Source: Candidatus Hydrothermia bacterium (lineage in GTDB: Bacteria > Hydrothermota > Hydrothermia > UBA1063). From it: a stretch of DNA of 64,000 nt. Made by a program: the position numbers and the translations under genes. The stretch lies in NCBI GenBank assembly GCA_049719805.1, contig JBNARF010000001.1, forward strand, positions 318,341-382,340. Direction: 5' to 3'. Below, piece by piece: positions 1-9,799 of this stretch. Position 1 is the first letter of the stretch. Each line of letters starts with the position of its first letter. Below the pieces are notes generated by a model. That model saw only the letters and a list, made by a program, of their open reading frames with translations, had not been told where the DNA came from and did no database searches.

Positions 1-1
1 T

Positions 2-748
2 TTAGGTACAGACAGATTTAATTTACCTCCTCATAAGCTTGAAGTTGAAAAATTGTGGGAAACGTGGTCAAAAATTAATAAAGCGTTACAAGATGCTGAT
101 GTGGTTATTCTAACGCACTACCATTACGACCACCACCATTATCGGAATGCGAATTTGTACAGAAATAAGACAATCTTTTTAAAAGATTTTTCTCGTATTA
201 ATCAGAGACAGAAGAGCAGAGCTGATATTTTATTTAGCCAAATAAAGGATTTTGCAAAAGTCATAATGGCCGATGGAGGTAGTTTCCGATTTGGTAATAC
301 AAAAATTTCTTTTTCAGCCCCCCTAGGGCACGGCTATGGAAAAGAAGACATTAAGATCATTGCTGTTTTTATAGAGGATAAAACACAAACTCTGCTCTTC
401 TCATCGGATGTTTCTGGTGCCATTGATGTGGAATTCATGGACTTTTTAATGGGTAAACGAATTGACACCTTCATTTTTGACGGTTTCCCAATTTATCTTT
501 TAAATGCAGGTCTAAAAAAGAAATGGCTCGAAGACTCAAAAGAGAAACTTCTGTATATATTGGAACATAACGAGACTAAAGAATTTGTAATAGATCACCA
601 CAGCGCTCGCTGCGAGGACTGGAAAAATTACTACGAGGAGATTTTCGAAATTAATTTCCTAAATTTTGCTGGGACTGCAGCTGAATACATGGGTTATAAT
701 CCACTATACTTGGAAGCTAGAAGAAAACTGCTATTTTCCGGTGAATAG
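2..748 (+). CDS. MBL-fold metallo-hydrolase, UPF0282-like; 5' end truncated by the window edge
   Basis: THYHYDHH metal motif, GHG, SSD and DHH motifs; the frame stays open upstream of 53 to position 2 (LGTDRFNLPPHKLE). Confidence 0.75.
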   Translation, partial: LGTDRFNLPPHKLEVEKLWETWSKINKALQDADVVILTHYHYDHHHYRNANLYRNKTIFLKDFSRINQRQKSRADILFSQIKDFAKVIMADGGSFRFGNTKISFSAPLGHGYGKEDIKIIAVFIEDKTQTLLFSSDVSGAIDVEFMDFLMGKRIDTFIFDGFPIYLLNAGLKKKWLEDSKEKLLYILEHNETKEFVIDHHSARCEDWKNYYEEIFEINFLNFAGTAAEYMGYNPLYLEARRKLLFSGE

Positions 749-1261
749 CCGTTTCCAGCTATTAATAAAGGTAATTATTTGAACTTTTAATCTATTCCTT
801 TTCAGGAAAATCACTATTATAGTCCATATGATTGTAGTATAAAACCACCTGATGCTTAGTTTGGAGAGTGCATTGAAGCCAAGCAAAATGTATAGAAAGT
901 GAAAAGCCTGATTAACCTCCAAGTTTCTGGTAACCGTCACAGTGATAATGTTTGTTAAGATGATCAAAAAGAAGAACTTAAAAGAGTAAATATCCATGGA
1001 AGTAGAATATAGAAATGTTGTTACATACATTAGACTATCAACATAACCGTCGTATTTTCCAAGCTTACCTTCTTTGCCGCTGAGCCTTGCGAAGTATCCG
1101 TCTAAAACATCAGTACTCCAGGCAGCATAAAGTACGATCAAAAAAATGTTTAGGTTACCAGTGCCGCCTGGTATGAGAGCTATTAAGATTAAGACCAGGA
1201 TAAACCTGAGGGCTGTTAAGAGATCTGCAATTTGAGCACCTCTGTCTAAAATTTTTTGCAT
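731..1261 (-). CDS. CDP-alcohol phosphatidyltransferase family membrane protein
   Basis: DxxDGxxAR...G...DxxxD signature (TDVLDGYFARLSGKEGKLGKYDGYVD); several TM helices. Confidence 0.85.
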   Translation of the reverse strand: MQKILDRGAQIADLLTALRFILVLILIALIPGGTGNLNIFLIVLYAAWSTDVLDGYFARLSGKEGKLGKYDGYVDSLMYVTTFLYSTSMDIYSFKFFFLIILTNIITVTVTRNLEVNQAFHFLYILLGFNALSKLSIRWFYTTIIWTIIVIFLKRNRLKVQIITFINSWKRLFTGK

Positions 1262-1333
1262 TTTGCATATTATTATATTGTATAGACGTTTTTCAAAGTT
1301 TGTTCGTATAATTCACTGTAAAATAGTTAATAC

Positions 1334-2134
1334 ATGGAATTAGGGAAGAGAACTTTAATAATGGGTATTTTGAATGTTACTCCTGATTCATTTTATGATG
1401 GTGGTAAATACTACTATGTTGATCAGGCTGTAAGAAGGGCTGAAAAAATTTTAGGAGAGGGGGCAGATATTCTGGATATAGGTGGAGAATCTACAAGACC
1501 GGGAGCTGAATCTGTATCTTTACAAGAGGAAATGGACAGAGTGCTCCCGGTTATAGAAAAACTTAAGGGTTTTCCTATTCCAATCTCTATTGACACCTAC
1601 AAATCTGAGGTTGCTGAAGAGGCCTGTAAACTCGGAGCATCTATTATTAATGATATATCCGGGCTCCAGTTTGACCCCAATATTTTAAATGTTGCAAAAA
1701 AATACGATACCTTTCTTATCATTATGCATATTAAAGGAACACCAAAGGATATGCAGAAAAATCCGGAATACAACAATGTTATTGAGGAAATCTCCGATTT
1801 TCTCAGAAGGCAAAGTGATTTAGCTTTAAGTAAAGGGATTGAAAGAAGCAAGATTATAATTGATCCCGGAATTGGATTTGGTAAAACTCTGGAACATAAT
1901 CTTGAGATAATAAGGAATATCGAAACATTCAAAAAGTTAGGTTATCCAGTTTTAGTGGGACATTCCAGAAAGTCAATGATCGGTGCGCTGCTTGGAGGGG
2001 TACCCCCGGAAGATAGACTTTATGGTACTCTCGGCTTAAGTGCTTACTTGATATCAAGAAAAGTTGATATTCTTAGGGTCCACGATGTGAAAGCACACGT
2101 CGATTTAAGAAGCGTATTGGAAGCTTTATTATGA
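1334..2134 (+). CDS. folP: Dihydropteroate synthase
   Basis: MGILNVTPDSFYDGG, IGGESTRPG, DPGIGFGK, SRKS and RVHDV motifs. Confidence 0.97.
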   Translation: MELGKRTLIMGILNVTPDSFYDGGKYYYVDQAVRRAEKILGEGADILDIGGESTRPGAESVSLQEEMDRVLPVIEKLKGFPIPISIDTYKSEVAEEACKLGASIINDISGLQFDPNILNVAKKYDTFLIIMHIKGTPKDMQKNPEYNNVIEEISDFLRRQSDLALSKGIERSKIIIDPGIGFGKTLEHNLEIIRNIETFKKLGYPVLVGHSRKSMIGALLGGVPPEDRLYGTLGLSAYLISRKVDILRVHDVKAHVDLRSVLEALL

Positions 2135-2523
2135 AAAAACTTATATTCTTACTTATTTTAGTTAATGCTTTTATTGGGTGTAAGCGTGATTCACACCCTG
2201 TCTATTTTAAAAAATTTATTTCAGATGTTGATAGCTTCATAAGTATTAGCGATTCTTTACTTATGGAAGCTTCCTCAGTTCACCAATATCAGATGGGAAA
2301 GGCGAGAATAAATCGAGAAATTCAAGATAAATACATTCCCCGGGTTGACTCGCTTTTAAATTTAAAATTGAGTAAAGGTGAAAAGAATTTACTGTTTATA
2401 ATTAGAGATTTTTTAGTGCTTTATGGAAAAATGGACTTAAGTGCCGAAGAGGAAGTGCAATTAAGAGCCATAAAAACTGAGATCATAAATATAATAAAGA
2501 GGGAGTACGTTCATGTTAAATAG
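2131..2523 (+). CDS. Hypothetical lipoprotein
   Basis: MKK, hydrophobic stretch, then a lipobox-like FIGC; ATGA overlap with folP. Confidence 0.65.
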   Translation: MKKLIFLLILVNAFIGCKRDSHPVYFKKFISDVDSFISISDSLLMEASSVHQYQMGKARINREIQDKYIPRVDSLLNLKLSKGEKNLLFIIRDFLVLYGKMDLSAEEEVQLRAIKTEIINIIKREYVHVK

Positions 2524-3064
2524 GGATGAGGCTATAAAACTTGTAAAAGAATATATTCATAAAGATAACCTTTTAAAGCACATGCTGGCCACCGGTGCCT
2601 GCATGAAATTTCTGGCCAGAAAGTTTCAGGAAGACGAAGATTTATGGGAGATAGCCGGGATTCTGCATGACATCGACTACGAACATACTTACCAGAATCC
2701 AGAACGGCATGGATTTGTAAGTGTTGAGATTTTAAAAGGAAGGGGAGTTGAGAGCAAGGAAGTGCTGGATGCCATCCTCTCCCACTGTGGAAAGAAAGAA
2801 AGGGAGAGTAAAATGGAAAAAGCCATTTACGCTGTAGATCCGGCTACTGGTTTTATTGTGGCCTGTGCCCTCATGCATCCTTCAAAATCTCTGGATGGTC
2901 TTGATATTGATTTTATGATGAAGAGATTTAAAGAAAAGAGGTTTGCAGCAGGTGCATCTCGTGAACAGATGAAGAGCATTGAGGAGCTGGGAATTTCACT
3001 GGAAGAATTCCTAACTATATGCCTTCAGGCTATGAAAAGTATTAAAGAAGAACTTGGGCTCTAA
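2513..3064 (+). CDS. HD/HDIG-domain metal-dependent hydrolase
   Basis: KHMLA...GILHDIDYE...ERHG...SH...D pattern; FAAGASRE C-terminal motif. Confidence 0.85.
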   Translation: MLNRDEAIKLVKEYIHKDNLLKHMLATGACMKFLARKFQEDEDLWEIAGILHDIDYEHTYQNPERHGFVSVEILKGRGVESKEVLDAILSHCGKKERESKMEKAIYAVDPATGFIVACALMHPSKSLDGLDIDFMMKRFKEKRFAAGASREQMKSIEELGISLEEFLTICLQAMKSIKEELGL

Positions 3065-3612
3065 TGTTTTTCCAGTTAACTCTTTTTATCACACTCTATT
3101 TACCCCTTAGCTTTTTTCAGGCTTTAGATTACTTTAAGATGGGAGACGTAATTGCAGCGGATAGTTTATTGAATCTTGCTTATTTCGAGGCAGATTCCTT
3201 TACCAAAAACGAAGTTCTTTTCGCTAAAGAAATTTTTGCAAGATATATTAATTCTGGAAGTAATTTAAATGCTCTATGTGATTATTTCCGATGGTATTAT
3301 GCCGAATCAAGAAGTATTAAATTCAATCTGGAAAATTACACAATAGATGACATTTACCTTGAAAACTACATAAAACTTATTATAACGACGGAAAAGTCGA
3401 AAGAACTTGATAGTATGATTGTTCAAAGATTCTTGAGTCTTCTTGAGGATACTTTACTTTGCTTTAGCGCAGCTCACCAGTTAATTCTAAAGTATGGTCT
3501 GCAAAACGTGTATCTGAGAACCAAAATTCTTGATTCCCTTCTTAAAAAATATCCCCAGAGCCCCTATTTTGAACTAATACAGGGATATCTGGGGATAAAA
3601 AACTCAAACTAA
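3064..3612 (+). CDS. Hypothetical helical (TPR-like) protein, possibly exported
   Basis: Coupled ORF; hydrophobic N-terminus; LLKKYPQSPY resembles a TPR-like C-terminal motif. Confidence 0.55.
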   Translation: MFFQLTLFITLYLPLSFFQALDYFKMGDVIAADSLLNLAYFEADSFTKNEVLFAKEIFARYINSGSNLNALCDYFRWYYAESRSIKFNLENYTIDDIYLENYIKLIITTEKSKELDSMIVQRFLSLLEDTLLCFSAAHQLILKYGLQNVYLRTKILDSLLKKYPQSPYFELIQGYLGIKNSN

Positions 3613-5036
3613 GCTTTTGTAACTCTACCCACCAGCCAACTAATTGCTAAGGTTATGAAGAAAATCGGAACTAAGTTGTAAACCTTAATATAATTTTGCA
3701 GTGAAAAAATGTTCCATATATATGTCAGCCCCGAACCCAGGATGAGGGATGTAAATGCACTCCATTTATTAAATTTTTTATCATACAAAGCGAGGATTAT
3801 TGCAGATCCAAAGGATGCACCGAGAGCACACCATGCGTAATCCAGTACATATCGATAAATGAATTGGACCTTAAGCAGAGCCAGAATAATGGCAATTATG
3901 GAAATTGCCAGGATGATGAGCCTTATAATGATAATAAGTTCGCGATCGTCTAACTTCTTGCCTTTCCCTTCAATAATCTTTTTGTATAGGTCATTAACAA
4001 AAGCTGTAGCACTATACATAAGTTGTGAATCTGCTGTTGACATTATTGCCGCAGTTATTGCGGATAGAGCAATTCCTGCAAAAATAGGATTGGTATAAAC
4101 CCTGATAAAGGTAGGTAATGCCTGCTCCGGATCAGAAAGTTGTGGTAAAAGTGCTCTGGCTATTATACCAATTGCAACTGATCCGAAGAAGGTAAAGAAC
4201 CCCCAACTATATGCAATTAGTGCAGCCTTTTTCGCTTCCTTAACGCTTTTGATGTTTATAAATCTCACAATATAGTGGGGCATTCCTATGTAGCCAATGG
4301 AAATGCCAAGTTCTCCGATAATAAAGCCCCACACTATATCACCAGCTGGATTTTTCCACGGATTTCCAAGAGATGTCCCGTATAAAGATGTGGCAATACC
4401 TTTAAACCCACCGGCTTTTATTATTCCGAATATGGGAAGAGCAATAAATATAATTACCATAAGAATCCCTTGAAGCACATCTGTCCAACAGACTGAGGCA
4501 TATCCACCTAATAAAACATATATGCCGACTATTACACCACCGAGTAAAACGCCCAATTTGTATGATGCGATACCCATACTGTCCATGGTTTTACCAGATC
4601 CCACAAATTGAGCAATAACATAAGAAGTGAAAAATACTATTATTATGAAAGAAGCAAGGCCTCTGACTAGCCAACCCTTGTCTCCAGCACTGTCGGCTAT
4701 AAATTCCGTAACTGTGTAAGACCCAAGCTCACCTGATTTCTTTCTAAGCTTTTTCACTATTAATGTTGCACTTAAAAAGTATCCCAATAGACATCCAAGC
4801 GCTGCCCAGAATGCCCTCACGCCGTGGGTATATCCGTAACCCGAAAGTCCCAGCATTACCCATGCGCTTTCTGCTGAAGCTGCAGCAGAAATTGCGGCCA
4901 CAATGGCACCAAATTTTTTGCCCCCTGCTATGAAATCCTCGAATTTTTTAGAATATTTAAGATCTGCTAAGTATCCAAGGGCGAGGAGTACGACAAGGTA
5001 CAATGCAAATACTACCAATATTACAAAATTATTCAT
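3609..5036 (-). CDS. putP: Sodium/proline (solute:sodium symporter family) transporter
   Basis: SAAASAESAWVMLGLSG, VCWTDVLQG, GMPHYIVRF and AAIMSTADSQL motifs; about 13 TM helices; SD AGGAGG. Confidence 0.88.
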   Translation of the reverse strand: MNNFVILVVFALYLVVLLALGYLADLKYSKKFEDFIAGGKKFGAIVAAISAAASAESAWVMLGLSGYGYTHGVRAFWAALGCLLGYFLSATLIVKKLRKKSGELGSYTVTEFIADSAGDKGWLVRGLASFIIIVFFTSYVIAQFVGSGKTMDSMGIASYKLGVLLGGVIVGIYVLLGGYASVCWTDVLQGILMVIIFIALPIFGIIKAGGFKGIATSLYGTSLGNPWKNPAGDIVWGFIIGELGISIGYIGMPHYIVRFINIKSVKEAKKAALIAYSWGFFTFFGSVAIGIIARALLPQLSDPEQALPTFIRVYTNPIFAGIALSAITAAIMSTADSQLMYSATAFVNDLYKKIIEGKGKKLDDRELIIIIRLIILAISIIAIILALLKVQFIYRYVLDYAWCALGASFGSAIILALYDKKFNKWSAFTSLILGSGLTYIWNIFSLQNYIKVYNLVPIFFITLAISWLVGRVTKA

Positions 5037-5136
5037 CGCCTTCCTCCTTTAGATAAAATAGGAGCACACCAACCCACATTAAAATAGCAGGAAGCACGAA
5101 AGTTAAAAAGATATTTAATAAATGTTTTTGATACAT
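5029..5136 (-). CDS. 35-aa single-TM small protein, probable symporter accessory subunit (absent from the ORF track)
   Basis: AGGAGG-tattt-ATG; MYQKHLLNIFLTFVLPAILMWVGVLLFYLKEEGDE*; its stop overlaps the putP start and its 3' end carries the putP SD. Confidence 0.75.
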   Translation of the reverse strand: MYQKHLLNIFLTFVLPAILMWVGVLLFYLKEEGDE

Positions 5137-5145
5137 AAATACCTC

Positions 5146-6462
5146 CTATTTTGATAGCTTCAGAGGTCTTCCGAAAATATATCCCTGGATAAATTCTACC
5201 CCCAGGCTTTTTAAAAACTCAAAATCCTCGTTGTTATCTACTCCTTCCACGATCAACTTTGATCCCAGTTTTTTAGAAAAGTCTAAAATGGTCTTCAATA
5301 GTTCTTGCTTAATGGGATCCCTGTACACATTTTTGGTGAGGATCCTGTCATATTTAATGTATCTTGGGTTAAGCTCCGCAATTCTTTCCAGGGTTGAGTA
5401 ACCTGTACCCACATCATCCACTGCGATTTCAAAACCCAATAAATTAGAGATTCTTTTGATGAAGTCATAATAGTCTTTGGTCTCAGAAGGATCTAAAGGA
5501 GCAAATTTCTCAGTTAATTCAATTACAATCTGGTCAGATTTGAATCCATAGCTTTTGATGCTCTCGGTAAATTCGTCAGATATTAAAACTGAAAAAGAGA
5601 GAGGTGATAGGTTTATAAAGAGCTTTTTATCATTTAACTTCTTGTTTTTCAGGCATGCTTTATAAAACGTTTCAAGAGCATTAAAAACACAGGTGCTTTC
5701 TACTTCTTTTAGTAAATTATATTTCTGCGCCAATAGGAGAAAATACTCTGGATTTTTTAATTCTTCGGTTTTACCCCTGGCGAGTGCCTCATATCCATAA
5801 ATGCTTTTATTATTTATGTTAATAATTGGTTGGAAAACGACATCGATGTCCCTTTCATTAACCATGCTTTTAAGCTTAATTTTCATAGTATCATCGCTTC
5901 TTTCTGAAGCACCCTTAACTTCGCTTCTTATTTTATCCAGTTCCCTGGCTAAGAAACGTTCGCTCCTCCATGCTCCGGAACTTTCAAGAATTTTTCCAGA
6001 AATGGCCATTGACGGAGAAAAACTTTGTAAGTCAAACTTCGATTTAAAAGATGCAATTTTTAAGTTTAATCCTCTTTCCAGTACGTCTCTTATGTTATCT
6101 AAAATATTTTTGTTAATCTCCAAAGTTTCTGATTCAGGTATAAATATGTAGTAAGTTTCGCCGCCATGAAAAGCTGAAACAAGGTAGTATTTCTCAATGT
6201 AATTGTGTTTCAGTATCTGATTTATAGATGTAACTAATTCTCTCAAAAGCTTATCGTAAAGTTCAAAAGAAATACTAAGTTCAAGTTCCTGTCCGTTGGT
6301 CAACGAAATCGCAATAATTGCTATTTTTCTTTTCTGATCAAGGATCTTTACAAGGTTTTTGTATACAACATTTATAAGAGGAATGCCTGTTACGTGATCA
6401 TAAGAAGCACTTTTTAGGTTCAAGAGCTCTAATTGTAGATCAATACTGGTCTTGTCAAACAT
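5146..6462 (-). CDS. Degenerate GGDEF plus intact EAL domain c-di-GMP phosphodiesterase
   Basis: YDHVTGIP and HGGET in place of GGDEF; EAL, FINLSP, IELTE, DDVGTGYS, IKYD, EGVD and QGY all present. Confidence 0.88.
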   Translation of the reverse strand: MFDKTSIDLQLELLNLKSASYDHVTGIPLINVVYKNLVKILDQKRKIAIIAISLTNGQELELSISFELYDKLLRELVTSINQILKHNYIEKYYLVSAFHGGETYYIFIPESETLEINKNILDNIRDVLERGLNLKIASFKSKFDLQSFSPSMAISGKILESSGAWRSERFLARELDKIRSEVKGASERSDDTMKIKLKSMVNERDIDVVFQPIININNKSIYGYEALARGKTEELKNPEYFLLLAQKYNLLKEVESTCVFNALETFYKACLKNKKLNDKKLFINLSPLSFSVLISDEFTESIKSYGFKSDQIVIELTEKFAPLDPSETKDYYDFIKRISNLLGFEIAVDDVGTGYSTLERIAELNPRYIKYDRILTKNVYRDPIKQELLKTILDFSKKLGSKLIVEGVDNNEDFEFLKSLGVEFIQGYIFGRPLKLSK

Positions 6463-6463
6463 G

Positions 6464-6826
6464 CTATTCTCCTAATACTTCTCTGATTTTTTCGATAAGT
6501 TCATTGGGTAGAAATGGCTTTACTATGTAGTGTTTGACGCCTTCTTTAAGTCCTATGAGTTTGTTTTCCGCATCAGCACGGGCTGTAAGGATAATTACGG
6601 GAATTTCTTTTAGCCTGTCACTCCCTTTCGTTAACCATAAAAAGTCCCAACCATCAATCTGGGGCATCATGATATCTAAAATGATTAGATCCACTGTAGT
6701 TTTCTCCAACAAAATTAAAGCTTCTCTCGCGCTTCTTGCGGCATACACACTATATTTATCCTTTAAGATGTCTGTGACCAGGTTAATAATATCCTGCTCG
6801 TCGTCAACTATTAAAATTTTCTTCAT
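6464..6826 (-). CDS. Stand-alone response regulator receiver domain
   Basis: VDDE, LDIMMP (phospho-Asp), LTA and KPF; no output domain. Confidence 0.93.
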   Translation of the reverse strand: MKKILIVDDEQDIINLVTDILKDKYSVYAARSAREALILLEKTTVDLIILDIMMPQIDGWDFLWLTKGSDRLKEIPVIILTARADAENKLIGLKEGVKHYIVKPFLPNELIEKIREVLGE

Positions 6827-8277
6827 GTGATAAACTCCGGCAGATAGACTATAAACTCCACACCATTATCCCAATTGTTAACTTCGATTTGCCCCTTTAA
6901 AACTTCAACAGAACGTTTCACAATGTAGAGACCTAATCCAACTCCTGAAATCCCCGATTTCTCCTGGTTTTCTATCTGGTAAAATGGTTCAAAAATTTTA
7001 GGTAATTCTTTTTCTGGTATGGTTTTCCCCGTATTAAATATTGAAATAACAAAATATTCAACATGGTCTATCCACTTCTTTTTTGTGCTTATTCTTACAT
7101 TTCCACTTTCGCTGGCAAACTTAATAGCATTTGATATAAGATTGCTTAATATATAGTAAACATGCTCTTCGTCTGAAGTCATTTTATTAACTTCAAAATG
7201 TGTCTCAACGGTAAGTGCTTTTTTCTTTATGTCTGTTGAAAAGTTTTCCAAAATCTTTTCTACGAGTTGCTTAAGATCGAAATCTTTTATCTCAACTTTA
7301 TAAGCATTTAGAGCCATTTGAGAACTTCTTAAAAGCAGAACCACTTCATTTTCCAGCCTTTTCAGGTTATTAAATATAATATTGATAGTTTCCTCTTGTT
7401 TCTCAGTTAAATTGCCGAATTTTTTGTTTTTGAGAAGGTCAACATAGCCTAAGCAAACTGTTAAGGGGGTTCTCATTTCGTGAGATATTCTGGCTAGAAT
7501 TTCCTGCCTAGCCCTATCTCTTTCTTCAAGTTCATGTACCATCGACTTTAAATTATATATATAGGACGCAATAGATTCAAGCATCTCATTAAAAGTGTCA
7601 GACAAGAATTGGATTTCATCGTTAGTGCTAATACTTGATCGTATTGTCAGATCGCCTTTCTCAATATTCTCTGCTACCCTTTTAAGTTTAATGATGTTAT
7701 CAACTATTGGTTTTGTAGTTAAAGTAACGTTGATCACATTTAAAACCACTAAGGTAAAATACATTAAAATTGCAGTAATTATCAGTAAGTTTCTGAACTG
7801 TAAGATTGGTTTTTTTGAAAACCTGTAAACAATAGAGTGCATAAAAATACCACGGTCATTTAAGATGGGCACAATATATTCTAGATATTCATTCCTGGAC
7901 TCGTAAATCTCGAATCTTCTAATATTTCGAGGTAGGGCGTACTCTTTTTCTGTGGGTATTCCTTTCAACACCTCTGAATTAAAAATAATGTTACCTTGGG
8001 GAGAGACAATTAAAATTTGTTCCAGATGATAAGAGGTGTTAATGAGATTGGCAATCTTTTCATGGAAACGCAAAGGAGAAGAGAAAAAATATGACTGAAA
8101 AGCATCATTAACGCTTGTTAATGTTAAATTAACCACATTTTTAGCATTCTGGGTGAAGGTTTTCATGTAGAAATTATTTGTTAAAATGATTAAAAAGAGG
8201 ATAATTACTGCATAAACCAGTGAGTTCAGCACACCATAGGAAAATAAAAGTTTTGCCCTTATTGTTTTTAATTTCAT
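6823..8277 (-). CDS. Membrane sensor histidine kinase (2 TM, HAMP, HisKA, HATPase)
   Basis: HAMP DEIQFLSDTFNEM; H-box SHEMRTPL; N-box NLISNAIKF; G2 box GVGLGL. Confidence 0.93.
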   Translation of the reverse strand: MKLKTIRAKLLFSYGVLNSLVYAVIILFLIILTNNFYMKTFTQNAKNVVNLTLTSVNDAFQSYFFSSPLRFHEKIANLINTSYHLEQILIVSPQGNIIFNSEVLKGIPTEKEYALPRNIRRFEIYESRNEYLEYIVPILNDRGIFMHSIVYRFSKKPILQFRNLLIITAILMYFTLVVLNVINVTLTTKPIVDNIIKLKRVAENIEKGDLTIRSSISTNDEIQFLSDTFNEMLESIASYIYNLKSMVHELEERDRARQEILARISHEMRTPLTVCLGYVDLLKNKKFGNLTEKQEETINIIFNNLKRLENEVVLLLRSSQMALNAYKVEIKDFDLKQLVEKILENFSTDIKKKALTVETHFEVNKMTSDEEHVYYILSNLISNAIKFASESGNVRISTKKKWIDHVEYFVISIFNTGKTIPEKELPKIFEPFYQIENQEKSGISGVGLGLYIVKRSVEVLKGQIEVNNWDNGVEFIVYLPEFIT

Positions 8278-9740
8278 CGCCTTACCATATCTTTAATAAA
8301 TATTCTGCGGTTTCTTCTTGGAGTCCAATTCATATCCCGTTTTACTCCGTAAAATTGTCTTTCAAAAACTATAGGGCAGAAAGGCATATCTTTGAGCAGA
8401 ATATCCTGAACATGATAGACTAAAGTATTTCTTTTCACGGGATCGTCTAAAAACATTATAATCTCAATTAGAGAGTCTACTGTAGGATTACTGTACCCGG
8501 TTCTATTTGATGCACCACGGGAGGAAGTTGGGACACGAGTATGAAAAGAAGACATAAGCGCAGAATATGTATATCTACTGTTGAAGGTAAGCGCGAGCAA
8601 AAACATATCAGATCTACCACTTTTTATTTTCCTCCAGAAATCTTCCGATGGCAATGGGTTCCCAATAACATTTAGCCCGCAGCTTTGTAGTTGTTTTACG
8701 ATAAGGTCACCAAGGGGTTTAATGACCTCAGAGTAGTCAAGAACCAGAGGTTTGCTGAGAGGGTACCTCGAAAAAATACTTTTAGCATAGGATGGGTTGA
8801 AGGGTAGTTCTGGCAACGAAGGATTGTGTTCATTGACTCCGTAGGGAAACAGTTGATTAGCAGGAGATGCCAATCCTTTGTAATATAACGAAACTATTCC
8901 TTTCCTATCAATTGCAAAGGAGATTGCTCTCCGGAATTCACTGTTATTAAGGGGATATCTATTAGTGTTAAATTCAATCTCTCTTGTAGCAGACTCTGGA
9001 GTATACAAAAGCTTACCGTATTTTATTATGCTGTCTGAATATTCTAACGGTAAGTAGTCAATTAAATCTGCGTTCCCCGAAAGAAATTCTTTAACCCGCT
9101 TTTCGGGGTCCGGGGAAAAATGTATATATGCACGTTTAAAATACGGCTTAGGACCCCAATAACGGTTCCATCTTTCGAGTATAATGAATTCGTCCTGGGC
9201 GGCTTTTAATTTGTAAGGGCCAGTTCCACAGGGGAGATCAGTACATTTGAAACCGGAAGGTATAATGAAAATACCGGACAATTCGTTAATTAAAAAATCA
9301 TACGGTGTCTTAGTTCTAATGAATAGAGCAGTGTCTGAATCGGCCCAAAGGGTGTCTATTATTAATTCGTGGGTCCGGTATTCGGAATATTCGAGCGTAC
9401 GAGGGTAGTAAATACTATAAATTACATCTTTACTTGTAAGTGTTTTCCCGCTATGAAATTTAACGTTTTTGCGCAGGTAAAACACCCATGTAACGCTATC
9501 AATTTTTTCCCAGAATTCAGCAAGAACAGGTTTTACGTTATAAAATTCATCTTCTTCAACAAGGGGTTCATATATGTTACACAGAATTTGCAAAATTGCG
9601 AGCTCCTGATATTTCAGGGGTTCAAGAGTACGGGGTTTTGCGGAAAGATATATTCGTATTTCTCTACTTTTTTGACCACAAGATAAAGAGAGTATGACAG
9701 CGAAAACGAGAACCAGTTTAACCGCTTTTCTAAACACCAT
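8274..9740 (-). CDS. Family 5 (OppA/DppA-like) solute-binding lipoprotein
   Basis: Lipobox LSLSC; IYEPLV...PVLAE.W...W.F.LRKNVKFHSG; GTGPYKL; RRAISFAIDR. Confidence 0.9.
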   Translation of the reverse strand: MVFRKAVKLVLVFAVILSLSCGQKSREIRIYLSAKPRTLEPLKYQELAILQILCNIYEPLVEEDEFYNVKPVLAEFWEKIDSVTWVFYLRKNVKFHSGKTLTSKDVIYSIYYPRTLEYSEYRTHELIIDTLWADSDTALFIRTKTPYDFLINELSGIFIIPSGFKCTDLPCGTGPYKLKAAQDEFIILERWNRYWGPKPYFKRAYIHFSPDPEKRVKEFLSGNADLIDYLPLEYSDSIIKYGKLLYTPESATREIEFNTNRYPLNNSEFRRAISFAIDRKGIVSLYYKGLASPANQLFPYGVNEHNPSLPELPFNPSYAKSIFSRYPLSKPLVLDYSEVIKPLGDLIVKQLQSCGLNVIGNPLPSEDFWRKIKSGRSDMFLLALTFNSRYTYSALMSSFHTRVPTSSRGASNRTGYSNPTVDSLIEIIMFLDDPVKRNTLVYHVQDILLKDMPFCPIVFERQFYGVKRDMNWTPRRNRRIFIKDMVRR

Positions 9741-9762
9741 ATCTTATATGGTAGTGATGATA

Positions 9763-9791
9763 ATTTTACTTCTTTTGTGTTCAATGGTCAA
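9763..9791 (-). promoter_or_regulatory. Sigma70-type promoter for the SBP-HK-RR-EAL-putP operon
   Basis: TTGACC-17 nt-TAAAAT on the minus strand. Confidence 0.6.
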
Positions 9792-9799
9792 GTGTTTCT

